From positions 111,292,001 to 111,356,000 of the forward strand of contig NC_086107.1 of assembly GCF_963921235.1 (NCBI RefSeq): DNA of 64,000 nucleotides. The letters run 5' to 3'. Below the pieces are notes generated by a model. It made no database searches. It saw only the letters and a program-made list of their open reading frames with translations, and was not told the origin of the DNA. The DNA is from Mobula hypostoma. Its lineage: Eukaryota. Made by a program: the position numbers and the translations under genes. Below, one piece after another: positions 50,959-64,000 of the stretch (the first letter of the stretch is position 1; each line of letters begins with the position of its first letter).

Positions 50959-51639
50959 TGAAAGGCCTAGAGTAGTCATGGAGAGGATGTTTCCTGTAGT
51001 GAAGGGAATCTATGACCAGAGGGCACAGCCTCAGAATACAAGGACATCCCTCTAGAACAGAGGTGAGGAGGAATTTCTTTAGCCAGAGTGTGGTGAATCT
51101 GTGGAATCCATTGCCACGAATGACTGTGGAGGTTAAGTCACTAGGTATATTTTAAGTGGAGGTTGTTAGATTCTTGATTAGTAAGGGCATCAGGGTTATA
51201 GAATCTCAGGGTTATACGTGGTGACATGTATGTACTCTGATAATAAACTTGACTTTGACTTTGAGAGACCAAAAGGAAATCCAAAGTTTTTCATGAACAC
51301 AAGAGATTCTGCAGATATCTTGAACAACGCAGGCAAAATGCTGGAGGAACACAACAAGTCAGGCAGCGTCTATGGAAGGGAATAAACAGTCGATGTCTCA
51401 GGCTGAGCCCTTTCAAAGTTCAAAGTAAATGTATTATCTAAATACGGATATGTCACCACATTCTACCCTAAGATTCATTTTCCTTCAGGCATTCTCAGTA
51501 AGACAAAGAGATACAGCAGAGATAATGATAAATTACACAGAAAGATTGACAAAAAACAATGTGCAAAAGAAGACAAACTATGCAAATACAATTAATAATA
51601 ATAAATATTTAGATAGATAAATAAATAATAAGCATGATA

Positions 51640-52350
51640 CAGTCCGCAGATGCTGGAAATCTAGAGCAACACACGCACAAAATGCTGGAGGAACTCAACA
51701 GGTCAGGTCTACGGAAATGAATAAATAGTCGACGTTTCAGGTTGAGACCCTTCTTCAAGGGCTAGAAAGGATGGGGAAGGACAGCAGAATAAAAAGGTGG
51801 AGGTGGGGGTGGAAAGAGGAAAGCTAGAAGGTGATAGGTGAAGCCAGGTAGGTGGGAAAGGTAAAGGGTTGGAGGAGAAGGAATCTGATGGGAGGAGAGT
51901 GGACTGTAGGAGAAAAGGAAGGAGGAGAGTCAGCAGGGGGAGGCGATAGGCAGATGAGAAGAGGTAAGAGGCCGAAGTGGGGAATTGAAGAAGAGGGGAG
52001 CGGGAGGGATTTTTTAACCTGAAGGAGAAATCGATACTCATGCCATCAGATTGGAGGCTGCCCAGGTGGACGATAAAGGTGTTGCTCCTCCACCTTGAGG
52101 TTGGCCTCATCATTGCCCAAGAGGAGGCCATGGACTGTACATGTCAGAATGGGAATGGGAATGGGGCTGGAAATTAAAATGTTGGGCCAACAGAAAGTCT
52201 CGTTTTTGGTAGATGGAGTGGAGGTACTCAACAAAGTGGTCCTCCAATTTACAATGTGTCTGACCAATGCAGAGGAGGCTGCGTTGGCAGCACCGGACAC
52301 AATAGTCAACACCAGCAGGTTTCACAGGTGAAGTGTTGCCTCACCTGCAG
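51640..52350 (-). mobile_element. Penelope-like element, GIY-YIG remnant and pLTR
   Basis: AGVDYCVRC..CIGQTHCKLEDHFVEYLHSI..AQHFN. Confidence 0.85.
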
Positions 52351-55001
52351 GATATAAATAAAAATGTCTTAGAACATGTGTTATAGAGTCTTGAAAGTTA
52401 GTTCATAGGTCATCATCGGGACTCCTGCTGCAAATCCAAAGCTTTTGTCCTGCTTTCCACTCCAGAAATTCATCTATTATTTTTCATCTTTGACACACAT
52501 CTGTATACCAGTGAACCCCTTGATTTTTTTTTTCATTCTGTATCCTATAAGTTTTTATAAGTTCTGATAAGGAAACTAGGCCATATCTAACCACAGTGCA
52601 TCTTTACAGTGTTTCTTAGTATTTGATTCTATCTGTTCCTGGAAGTTCCTTTAATAGATAAAGCAGTTTCTACAAGCCACAGAGTTCAAAGATAATCTGT
52701 TATAATGCACTGTTACCCTAGCCTAGTTAGATTGTTTGGTGATAATATTTAAAGGGGAGGTTTGTCGTCCACATTGTTAGTCCATAGACTTCATCAGAAA
52801 CTCAGGTGATTTTTTTTTTTGCTAAACGAGCTTTGGCTTATGTCAGATGTGGAAGGAAGAATATTCAGTTCTGTGCAGTTCACGTTTAATTGTCATTCAA
52901 ACATATATGTATGCAGCCATATGAGCCACTGAGCCCGAACTGGTTCCCCTTAAGAGCAATCCATATTGTCCCAGTCTCCTACACCTTCCTCATATCTGTG
53001 CAATTACTTTCTCCTCCAATTATTTATCTACGTTGGGGAGTATTCTGGAGGTATGTGAATATAACAGATATTAATTCAAGAAGAACCAGTCTTCAGTTCT
53101 TATTGTAAACTGAAGTTAAACTGGCCCACAGACAATGAGACATTTGCACAGGTGTCAGACAATGGGGTAATGTTAATTGCCCTGCAGTCATACAAGCAAC
53201 TATGGGTTTTAGTAATTTGCACCATTATAATTAAGTCTAGTGAAGCTTGCAATTAGAAAAGGTATTTGAACATTCAGAAGCATTTCCCACTGTAGATATA
53301 CAATTCAAAGGAAGCATTGTCAACCCAAAATATAGAGGCAAGCAATGTCATTGCAATCGTATTGAATCACCTGCTGTCACCATTGATCTTAAAGGGTATA
53401 GAAGTGTGATGTACCTTTGGGTTTGTGAGACTCTACTGAGAGTGTCTCCAGATTGACGCCTGCTTGTTGTGATGAATATAGACTTCTATATAAGACCATA
53501 TGATATGGGAGCAGAATGAGGCTACGTGGCCCACCGAGTCTGTTCCACCATTTCATCATGATTGATCCATTTTCCCTCTCTGCCCCAGTCTCCTGCCTTC
53601 TCCCCACATCCCTTCATGCCCTGAGCAGTCAAGAACCTATCAACTTCTGCCTTAAATATACCCAATGACTTGGCCTCCACAGCTCTCTACGGCAATGAAT
53701 TCCACATATTCACCACTCTCTTGCTAAAGAAATTCCTCCTCATCTCCATTCTAAAAGGACACCCTTCAAATCTGATGCTGTGTCCACTGGTCTTAGACTT
53801 CCCCACCTTTGGAAACATCCTCTCCACATCCACTCTATCTAGGCCTTTCAACCTTCGATAGACCCCCGCCCCAACACACACACACGCACACACTTCCGAA
53901 ATCCAATGAGTACAGTCCCAGAACTTTCTTTGGTCGACGGGTCAGTAAGTGGGGGAAAGGCTGGTGGCAAAGGAATTGGAAGACAGATAAGAAATGCCTC
54001 CTTTTATCCATATGGAAGCACAAGAGGCTGCAAATGCTGGAACCCAGAGCAATACACAATACACAGGATGATTTCAGCAGATCCAGCAGTGTCTATGGAG
54101 GGTAATGGACAGTTGATGTTGTTGGTGGATAATCTGTCTTCTCTGAGATGGAGACAGAGAGATCAGGAGAGTGAAGAGAGGTGTCAGAGAAGGACCAAGT
54201 GAATTTGAAGGAGGGGTGAAAGTTGCTAGCCAAGTTGATGAGATGGAGGCAGACTGCTTTTAAAATAATATCCATTCACCTTTAGGCTGAAGTTGGCTGT
54301 CCATTTCCCTTCATAGATGCCACTCCTGCCTTCTTCCTTCATTCATTCATGCCCTGACTGATCAACCTCTTCACTAGCTTCAACGTCTCTCTGGTGACAT
54401 TTGGGGGCTTACCTGGGATGCTGTTGAGAAGACTTTCTACCCAATGGCCTTGAATGAATGTTCAGTACATTACAGGACAGGTACCATGCTTAGAATCAGT
54501 TTCTCTTTACTTAAACCCATTGAATAAGTCTGTAATATTGAATACAAAGCCAATGTATATAAACAGGGAATTTTAACTGTAAGTACGATAGCATAGCAGT
54601 TAGTGCAACCTCATTACAGCATGGGGTATCGGAGTTCGGAGCTTGACTCCAACTTCATCTGTAAGAAACCTGTATATCCTTTCCATAAACACGTGCATTT
54701 CCTTCCGGATGCTCCGGTTTCCTCCCACAGTCCAAAGACATTCTGCTTAGTGGATTAAATGGTCACAATACAGTACATTGTCCTGTGATTGGACTACGGT
54801 TGAATCAGTGGGTTGCTGGGCTCTTTGGGCTGGAAGAGCCTATGGCCTGCTGTATCTCTAAATAAATAAATTCTGTTTTTGTGTAGATAGGCCACAAGGC
54901 TCTGGACAGACTTTAACTTTAATAAACAGGTATATTATTTTCTTATTGTTACATGTAGTGAAAACTTTGTTTTGTATGTTAGCTATACAAATCATATATG
55001 T

Positions 55002-55297
55002 GGGCACGTGGCCAAGTGGTTAAGGCTTTCGACTAGTGACCTGAAGGTCGTGAGTTCGAGCCCCAACCGAGGCAGTGTGTTGTGTCCTTGAGCAAGGCAC
55101 TTAGCCACACAGTGCTCTGCGACGACACTGGTGCCAAGCTGTATCAGCCCTTGCCCTTCCCTTGGACAACATCAGTGTCGTGGAGAGGGGAGACTTGTAG
55201 CATGGGCAACTGCTGGTCTTCCATACAACCTTGCCCTGGAGAGTGAAGACTTTCCAGGCACAGATCCATGGTCTCGCAAGACTAACGGATGCCTTAA
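55002..55297 (+). mobile_element. tRNA-derived SINE
   Basis: A-box TGGCCAAGTGG, B-box GAGTTCGAGCC, core GTGTCCTTGAGCAAGGCACTTA. Confidence 0.8.
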
Positions 55298-56210
55298 GTA
55301 TACAAATCATAAGTGAAAATGATAACAGAATGCAGAAGAAAGCGTTGCAGTTACAGAGGAACTGCTGTGCCGGTAGATAATAAGATGCAAGGTTTAATGA
55401 TGTAGATTGTGAGGTCAAGAGCCCATTTTATGAGGGGGCCATTCAATAGCTTTATAACTGCAGAGAGGGGGCACGGTAGCATAGGAGTTAGCATGACGCT
55501 TTGCAGAACCAACGGCCCGGGTTCAGTTCCCACTGTTGCCTGTAAGGAGTTAGTGTGTTCTTCCCGTAACCGTGTGAGTTTCCTCCAGGTACTCCAGCTT
55601 CCTCCCACAGTCCAAAGACATGCTAGTTGGTAGGTTAATCGGTCATTGTAAACTGTCCCGTGATTAGACTATGGTTAAATCGGGGGGCGGGGGGGTGGTG
55701 GTAGGCGGGAGTGTGCAGGGCGGTGCAGTTGGTAGGGCCAGAAGGTCCTACTCCACGTTGTATCTCAATAAATAAACAAGATGTCCTTGAGCATGCTTTC
55801 AGGCTTTCGTATCTTTTGCCTGATGGGAGCGAAAGTGAGAATGAACGGAGTGAAGTGGGGTCTTTGAGTCCATTGGCTGATCTACCGAGGCAGTGAGAAG
55901 CGTGTACAGAGTCCACAGAGGCCGAACGGGAGGCTGGTTTCCTGAGGATTGGCATTTTGCTCATATATGGAGATACTTCAGAGAGCGGAGTTGGGGGCTC
56001 ATCAAATTTGATGTGAAAGCACAAGTGGTATGTAATGTACGTAAGAACACAAGAAGTTCAGAGCAAACCATTTTTCCAAGGAGTTCATGCAATCAGCCCT
56101 GGTCTAATTTCCTCTTCTGTGCTACTTCTACACAGCCTTCAATACCCGGATTTTTCAGAAAAGTTTTGTTAAATAGCTTCAAAAACCCTATAAGTGCCTT
56201 CAAAGCCTTA

Positions 56211-57280
56211 AGACCATTAAGTCCATAAGATATAGGAGCAGAAGTAGGCCATTCAGCCCATCGAGTCTGCTCCGCCATTCAATCATGGGCTGATCCAATT
56301 CTTCCAGTCATCCCCACTCCCCTGCCTTCACTCCTTACCCTTTGATGCCCTGGCTAATCAAGAGCCTATCATTCTCTGCCTTGAATACACCCAATGACTT
56401 GGCCTCCACAGCCGCTCGTGACAACAAATTCCACAGATTTACCACCCTCTGACTAAAGTAATTTCTCCACATTCTATTCTAAATGGACATCTTTCAATCC
56501 TGAAGTTGTGCCCTCTTGTTCTAGACTCCTCTACCACGGGAAATAACTTTGCCATATCTAATCTGTTCAGGCCTTTTAACATTTGGAATGTTTCTATGAG
56601 ATCCCCCTCCATTCTCCTGAACTCCAGGGAATACAGCCCAAGAGTTGCCAAATGTTTCTCATACGGTAATCCTCTCATTCCTGGAATCATTCTCCTGAAT
56701 CTTCTCTGAACCCTTTCCAATGTCAGTATATCCTTTCTAAAATAAGGAGCCCAAAACTGCACACAATACTCCAATTGTGGTCTCACGAGTGCCTTATAGA
56801 GTCTCAACATCACATCCCTGCTCTTATATTCTATACCTCTAGAAATGAATGCCAACATTGCATTCACCTCCTTCACCACCGACTCAACCTGGAGCTTAAC
56901 CTTAAGGGTATCCTGCAGAAGAACTCTCAAGTCCCTTTGCATCTCTGCATTTTGAATTCTCTCCCCACCTAAGTAATAGTCTGCCCGTTTATTTCTTCCA
57001 CCAAAGTGCATGACCACACACTTTCCAACATTGTATTTCATTTGCCACCTCTTTGCCCATTCCCCTAAACTATCTAAGTCTCTCCGCAAGCTCTCTGTTT
57101 CCTCAACACTACCCGCTCCTCCACCTATCCTTGTACCATTGGCAAATTTAGCCACAAATCCATTAATCCCATAGTCCAAATCATTGATATATATTGTAAA
57201 AAGCAGCAGTCCCAACACCGACCCCTGTGGAACTCCACTGGTAGCCAGAATAGGATCCCTTTATTCGCACTCTCTGTGTT
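56211..57280 (-). mobile_element. CR1 LINE RT 3' fragment (ORF 56439-57218)
   Basis: LLFTIYINDLD..KFANG (mutated FADD) and RPQLEYC. Confidence 0.9.
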
Positions 57281-57310
57281 TAGGATCTGGGGCTTTCCCA
57301 GCATATATAA

Positions 57311-57777
57311 CTCATAAACTCTTCTCGGGCTTCCAGCCGGGTCTAGGTGTCAATTTTAACCAAAGTTTCGATGACAAACTCTGCCATCTTCATCAGGGAC
57401 GTCTAGTCTGGAATGTCTGATACGCAATGACCAAAGAATTGACTTCGGTAGCATAGAACTACTCTGCTGTGCTAATGGCTTTTGGGACTGCTTGATGAAG
57501 GAACCCATGAAATAAGACGAGAGAATAAAAATTTCAACAAAGATGAAGATCTCATTCTAAGTAAGAACTAGAATATGATTTTAAACAAGGTGGGACAGTG
57601 GAAACCTGATTCGTTGAGGACTAACCAATCAGGATAGACAGACAACAGGAGCTGAGTATATATACCACCAGACTGGACATAGACATCATCCCTGATGAAG
57701 ATGGTGGATTTTGTCATCGAAACATTGGTTAAAATTGATACCTGGACCCCAGTTGGAAGCCCAAGAAGAGATTATGT
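57311..57777 (+). mobile_element. Third Penelope family remnant flanked by inverted pLTR segments
   Basis: About 80-bp inverted repeats (57318-57398 and 57690-57771), each with CTGATGA-A-GATGG..TGTCATC-GAAAC; internal FWDCLMKE..NFNKDEDL.LS remnant. Confidence 0.7.
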
Positions 57778-59904
57778 GCCTTTGGATGATCATCTGCTTT
57801 TGAAATACTCACAAAGTGCTGCAGGAACTCGGCAAGCCAGGCAGAATTTATGGAGAGGAATAAACAGATGATGTTTTGGGCCAAGACCCTTCCATTCAAT
57901 TCAATTCAAGTTTAATTGTCATTGGATTGTCATTGATTGTACCAACAGTCACACACAGCACAAAGCACTCAGAGCACATACAAGAGAGTGAACACATGTA
58001 AGATATCGTTAAAATAGAGCCACACAGAAAATGTCAAGACCCTGAGTCTGTGAAATCTGCAGTTGAACACAATACAGCTTGTTTTCTGCCGAGCGAACCT
58101 GGGGGTCAGCACTGACTCCAGCTTGGATGCTGCACCACAGCGCCCCCCAGTGGAGCACACTGCCTTCAACGCCTCTCTCCTGCTGGCTGTAAACAGATGA
58201 CACCGCAGCTTGAGGCCTAGTCCTCGCTATCACCGAGGCCAGGCAGCTTCCTTGCTCGACCTGCTGAGTTCCTCCATCCTTCAGTGTGTGTTGCTCTGGA
58301 TTTCCAGCATCTGCAGAATCTGTTGTGCTTATAGTCTGCTTTTTACTCCTCTTACCAAAGTGCATGACCTCACAGTTCTCCATGCTAAACACCATCTGCC
58401 AACAATTTGCCTGTATACTAAATTTATCCTGTTCCAGAGCTCAATTAACCTCATTGCAATGTGTCCACTCACCTACTTTTGTGTCATTGGCAAATTTGGA
58501 TATCGTACAAAACCCCTTCATTGCTCACTGATGTAAATAATGACTAATGTGGGTTAAGAAATGATCCTGGGGGAATTCCACTGGACAGTCTTCCAATCTT
58601 CCAATCTGGGAAAGAGCCATTTATTCCAACATTCTGTATCCTATCTAATAATCAACCTTCAATCCATTCTAACACACTTAAACCTTAAGAAAATAAGACA
58701 TAGGAGCAGAATTAGGCCATTCGGGCAATCAAGTCTGCCCTGCCATTCTATCATGGCTGATTTTAAAGTTCGATGTTCAAAGTTCAAAGTGCATTTATTA
58801 TCAAAGTATGTATGTATTATACAACCTTGAGATTTGTCTTCTGACAGGCAGCCACGGAACAAAGAAACCCAAAAGAAGCCATTAACAAAAGGTCCAATGT
58901 ACAGAGAGGAAAGAAAACATCGTGCAAACAATAACCACAGGAAAATAGTGTTCTGAACTGAAGTCCGCAAAGAGAGTCCGATAGATCAGCGTAGTTCACC
59001 GCAGAGCCGAGTGGCGGAGCGGTGATCTGAATTGGCCCGTTCCTCGCCTCTGGTCTCAACGCCCTAACCTTTTCAATCTGGCCTAGCACCTGAATCTCCA
59101 CCCAGACATTGAGTTCAGTCGCCTCAGTGTACCCTGACACCTGGACACCGCTGCTTTGATACGGCTTGTGACTGACCTCCCAGATTCAGCTTAAAGCTCC
59201 ACCCTCTCAATTCCATAAACCTTTGATGTCCTGACTTATCAAGATCTCATCAACCTTCGCTTTAAATATACTCCATGACTTGGCCTCCACAGCAGACTGT
59301 GGCAATGAATTCCACCGATGCACCACCCACTGGCTGAAGAAATTCCTCCTCGTCTCTTTCCTATATGGGCATCCCTCCACTCTGAAGTTGAGCCTTCTGA
59401 CTTTAGAATCACCCACAATGGGAGCCGTCCTCCCCACTTCCACTATCCAGTCCCTTCAATATTTGATTCACTTCCCCAACACCATAAACTCTTACATACA
59501 TGTATGACTTGGCCACCTTTCTGACAACTATTGATATGGTTTGGAAAGTTGTTTCGATCAGCTAAAATTCAAGGAATCCTGCAATGGATGAGTTGTAATG
59601 CAGGGTTTCAACCTGAAATGCTAATAGTTTCTTTGAATCAAATGCTGATTTAAAGATTTTTAAAGATTCACTTTATTTGTCACATGCACATCGAAACATT
59701 ATAACCATATAACCATATAACAATTACCGCACGGAAACAAGCCATCTCGGCCCTTCTAGTCCGTGCCGAACTCTTACTCTCATCTAATCCCACCGACCCG
59801 CACTCAGTCCATAACCCTCCATTCCTTTCCCGTCCATATAGCTGTCCAATTTAACTTTAAACGACAACATCGAACCTGCCTCAACATTGAAACATACAGT
59901 GTGT

Positions 59905-60120
59905 TGTAACACACAAAATGCCGGAGGAACTCAGCAGGTCAGGCATCATCTATAGGGAGGGGGTGGTGGGAATAAGCAGTCGCGGTTTGGGTCGAGACCA
60001 TCTGTCAGGACTGGGCTGATGAAGGGTTGTTAATTCCCCTCCATAGATGCTGCCTGACCTGCTGAGTTCGTCCAGCATTTTGAGTGTGTTGCTCTGGATC
60101 TCCAGCATCTGCTGAACCCC
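59905..60120. mobile_element. Fold-back element built from two inverted Penelope pLTR ends
   Basis: CAAAATGCCGGAGGAACTCAGCAGGTCAGGCA.. pairs with ..TGCCTGACCTGCTGAGTTCGTCCAGCATTTTG. Confidence 0.75.
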
Positions 60121-62077
60121 CTGGGTTTCTGAAATGTGTGGTTTATTTACTTATTTCAAAGGTTTCAAAGGTACATTTAATGTCAGAGAAATGTATACAA
60201 CATACAACCTGAAGTGCTTTTTCATCCACGAAAACAGAGGAGTGCCCCAAAGAATGAATGACAGTTAAATGTTAGAACCCCAAAGTGCCCCCCCCCAGCT
60301 CCCCTCCCTCCCGCACGTAAGTGGCAGCAAGCAACAATCCCACCCCCCCCCCCACCGGCAAAAAAACAGTGTCGGCACCCGCCACTGAGCACGCGAGCGT
60401 GAGCAAAGAAACAGCAAAGACACAGACTTGCAGTACTCCAAAGACTATGCGTTCACCCGGTATTCGACATACCACAGGCTCTCTCTCTCTCTCTCCCCCT
60501 AATAAGTGAGAAAGAGATGTCTCCATTTCACAATTTTTCTTCTTTTGCACATTATTTGTCAGTTGTTACGTATGGTTTTTAAGAAGTTCTATTGTATTTA
60601 CTTATTTTTCTGTTAAAGCCTGCAAGAAAATGAATCCCAAAGTAGCTTATGGTTACATATTGAGCCCTCCGTTGGTCAGGGCTAACCATGGATGTTGTGT
60701 CCTAGCTGTCTAGATACACAAGCCAGGGCAGTACGATATGGAGAGCAAGTTGTTACCCATATAGCAGGCTCCATCTCTCCACGCATCTGATGAACCCAAA
60801 GCAACGGCAGAGACTGATCCAGTTTGACACCAGCAATATTGCAGTTGTCAGTCAGCACTGAACTAAAATGTAGAGCTGCCTTAGGGACTCCAGCTTTGTG
60901 ATTTAACCCTCACTGCACGGGATCGAAGTTAGATGCAGAGAATTGTAAAATTAGTCTGCTCCAGCTAGGCCACTAGCCTCTATCGTATCCAGGACGTCTT
61001 TAAGGAACGATGCCTCAAAAAGGTGGCGTCCATCATTAAGGACCCCCATCACCCAGGTCATGTCTTGTTCTCATTGTTACCATCAGGAACAAGGTACAGA
61101 AGCCTGAAAGCACACACTCAGTGATTCAGGAACGGCTTCTTCCCCTCTGCCATCCGATTTTTGAATGGACATTGAACCCACGGATACTACCTCACTACTT
61201 TTTTATTTCTATTTTTCCGCTATCTATTTAATTTAACTAATATGTATACACTTAAGGTGATTCACGGTATTTTTTCTCTCTATTACTATGTGTTACATTG
61301 TTGTGCAGCTGTGTAGTTGATAAATTTCTCAAGGTATGCCAGTGATAGAAACCTGATTCTGATTCTGATAAGCAGGAAGAAACACGACAGGCTGCCAGTG
61401 ACGGACTTGGACAAGTATGTACGACGAGAATGGGAAAGCATTCTGCTTTGGGTGGAATGGATCCCTTCTGCCATTGATTTAACTGTTTTCAGCAGAAATC
61501 CAGTTTCCCTTTCTGCTGGAGGAGCCAACAACTCCTGGTTCAAAGATTGGGTAGTGCTGGCCATTGTCAAGGATGCCTTGGTTTCAGTAAGTTCAGCATC
61601 ACTACGGTATACAGAGGATACAGGGGAGGAGGGGAAAGATTTAATTATCAGCTTGTTGAGGTGGATATGAAAGAATCGATGATGTACAAGAAGCATTTAA
61701 TGTCTCTGGGCCTGTACTTGTTAGAATTCAGAAGGATAAGGAGGAAATCTCATTGAAACCTACTGTATACTGCAAGTTCTGGATAGAGTGGCCATGGAGA
61801 CTTTGTGTCCATTAGTAGGAGAATCTAGGATCTGAGGGCAGAGCCTCAGGATTAAGGGAAACATCTTTCCAACTGAGATGAGAAGAATTTTTTTCAGCCA
61901 GCGGGGTGGTGAATCTGTGGAATTTGTTGCCATTACAGGGCAGTGGTGGTCAAGTCATCAGGGCAAAAATGATCCAGTGCTTTCATTAGGGCAGAGATGG
62001 TAGGTTCTCGATTAGTAAGTATTATGGGGAGACGGTGGGAGAATGAGATTGTAAAAAATAATCAGCTATGATTGACA

Positions 62078-62412
62078 GGTCCTCCAAGAGGACCACAGCC
62101 TTGTTGTTGGGTTTGGAGGCTTGTGTGCATCAATGGCCCGGAGAGCTATGCTGGCTGGAGTCAGAGCCTTGTGCTTTGACTCTTGGTAGGGTCCCCCAAG
62201 CCAAACAGGTCAAAGGGTAAAGGTCAGACTAAGAGTAGTCCACCGGTCCTTCAGGTCCTGGGCTAACAACCCTGATTGGTCAAAAAATATTGTTACGGAA
62301 ACAACAAGGAAGAATCCTTCTTTATCTGTGTGCGACGATATGGACAGACAAACGTGGAGTACCTTCAATGTTGCCCTAAACGCCAATGGTGTAACAAGCA
62401 GTAAGTAAGTAA
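62078..62412 (+). mobile_element. Short non-autonomous RTE (Expander/Rex3-like) derivative
   Basis: GAGCTATG..GGTAGGGTC.CCCAAG.CAAACAGGTC..CAGACTAAGAG 5' region; (TAAG)n tail. Confidence 0.55.
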
Positions 62413-63204
62413 TGAATGAATGGTGGAGCAGGCATGATGGGCTGAACGGACTGAATTTGCTGCTATAATTATTAATTTTATTTTATATATTTGTAGATAC
62501 AGCACCCACCCACACCACCCAGCAACCCATCTATTTAACCCTGGTCTATTCACAGGACAATTTACAATGACCAATTACCCTACGAACTGGTAAGTCATTG
62601 GAATGTGGGAGGAAACTGGAGCACCCGGAGGAAACCCACGTAAGGTACAATCTCCTTACAGACGGCATCAGAATTGAACTGTGTACTCTGGAACAGCCCA
62701 AGCTGTAATAGCATCACACCCTACACCTTACGGTCTATGTTAAGGCTCTATGTGAAGAAAAGGGAATCCTTGTACAAAGTCTGATCATCTCTGATCAGAG
62801 GCAACATCTTTCATCAGAGATGTTAAACAAGAGAAAGCTTCTGCTGATTAGGTAAGCGCAATAATTTTAGTTTGCAGTCTGAGGCAGAACAAAGGGTTTT
62901 CAAGGTTTCCTGACCAACGATCATTGTTCAACCAAAATGGCCAAAGCTAGATTATCTAGTGATGAATCTTGTTTGTTCTTTGTGGGCAAATTGGTTGTGG
63001 TGTTTTATTTATCTATTTAATTACTCAGAGATACAATGTGGAACGGGACCTTCGAGCCACGCCACCCAGCAATCCCCCGATTTAACCCTAGCCTAATCAC
63101 AGGACAATTTACAATGACCAATTAACCACCGAACAGTACGTTTGTGGACTGTGGGAGGAAACTGGAGCACTAGGAGAAAGCCCATGTGTTCCGTGGATGG
63201 GTAG

Positions 63205-64000
63205 TGTGAGGGGATCCAGGAGTGCCCCTATTAACTTTTGGAGAGAGACATTTATCGTTGATAGTTTGTTTGGAAAGGAGAGAGAGACAGAGTTATTTAC
63301 CACCGATATGTTGCTTTTGAAAAGAGAGAGAGAGAGACGAAGATTAACAATTGGACTGTCACTTTAAGGCATTGGAAGTAACTTTGGATTTCTACTGAGT
63401 TTGGAGTTGGAGACAGCATCAAGCAGCTCGAAAGTTGCTATGGTGACCGAAGGCGGTGTTAGTTAATGGACACTCGATGTTATGATTTTCAGCACATTGT
63501 TGATGTTACTTTCAAGGACTTGTTGCCTGCTTGTACTCTTTTACAGATAAAGGAGGGAGGGACTCTTTGAATGACAGGTGATGCTCAGCCTGGTGAAATA
63601 AATGGGAGGTCAGATGATACAGACCTCAGGACACATGATCTGGACACTGAATGAGCATTGTTGTGCCCGCAGAGAAAGTAGGTTTTGGAGGATCGATCAG
63701 GCGGATCAATCCAAATTGCTATTCCACCGTGTGAAGAAGGGGTTGACTGGTGGGGAGTTGTCTATGTGTCCACCCTCGCCTGGGTGATAGCTCCACCACA
63801 GAAGACCGGTCCCCCGGTTAAAGTCACAGTCGGTGACTTGTGAAGGATTTCAGAGGACGACGAGAGGATTGACGGCATCAGCTCACCTGAAGAATCAACT
63901 CACTCTCTCTCTCTCCATCACTACTCAACTAAATACCACCAACTGAACTGAACTGAACTTTACTCAACCTCGTAAGACTGTACCTTTTTACCCCTAGACT
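63205..64000 (+). mobile_element. Probable LTR cut off by the window edge
   Basis: Begins abruptly with TGTGAG inside a V-SINE; non-coding, AATAAATGGG TATA-like element near 63597, (ACTGA)n. The other end and TSD are not visible. Confidence 0.5.

Noticed and set aside
55002..55075. tRNA gene (also 8717-8645)
   Set aside because: The A and B boxes run straight into a SINE body and there is no convincing acceptor stem.

Overview
Vertebrate nuclear DNA that is intronic or intergenic and almost entirely made of transposable elements. The repeat families (CR1 LINEs with (TTTCTATG)n tails, Rex1/Babar LINEs, V-SINEs, Penelope-like elements) suggest a cartilaginous fish, probably a ray; this is an inference. 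I found no recognisable host protein-coding gene, rRNA, true tRNA gene or CRISPR array. All long ORFs are reverse-transcriptase fragments of CR1, Rex1/Babar or RTE LINEs. The most interesting signal is at the RNA level, where three classes of candidate self-cleaving ribozyme are carried by retroelements. (1) An HDV-like ribozyme sits at the 5' end of an RTE derivative (minus strand, 30405-30022), with an unusual hairpin inserted in L3; a Penelope-like insertion carrying a hammerhead motif interrupts it. (2) Minimal type I hammerhead motifs occur in Penelope pseudo-LTRs, with the best-preserved copies at 19188, 30211 and 46871. (3) A degenerate twister-like motif lies at the 5' end of another RTE derivative (840-781). 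The window also records unusual insertion mechanics: a ~362-bp duplication flanking a Rex1 insertion, a twin-priming-like Penelope inversion with a stuttered junction and 13-bp TSD, two solo LTRs with clean TSDs, a Chapaev3-type transposon end, and Tc1 ends that collapse into palindromes. All folds and alignments were made by eye, and boundaries of old repeats are approximate.
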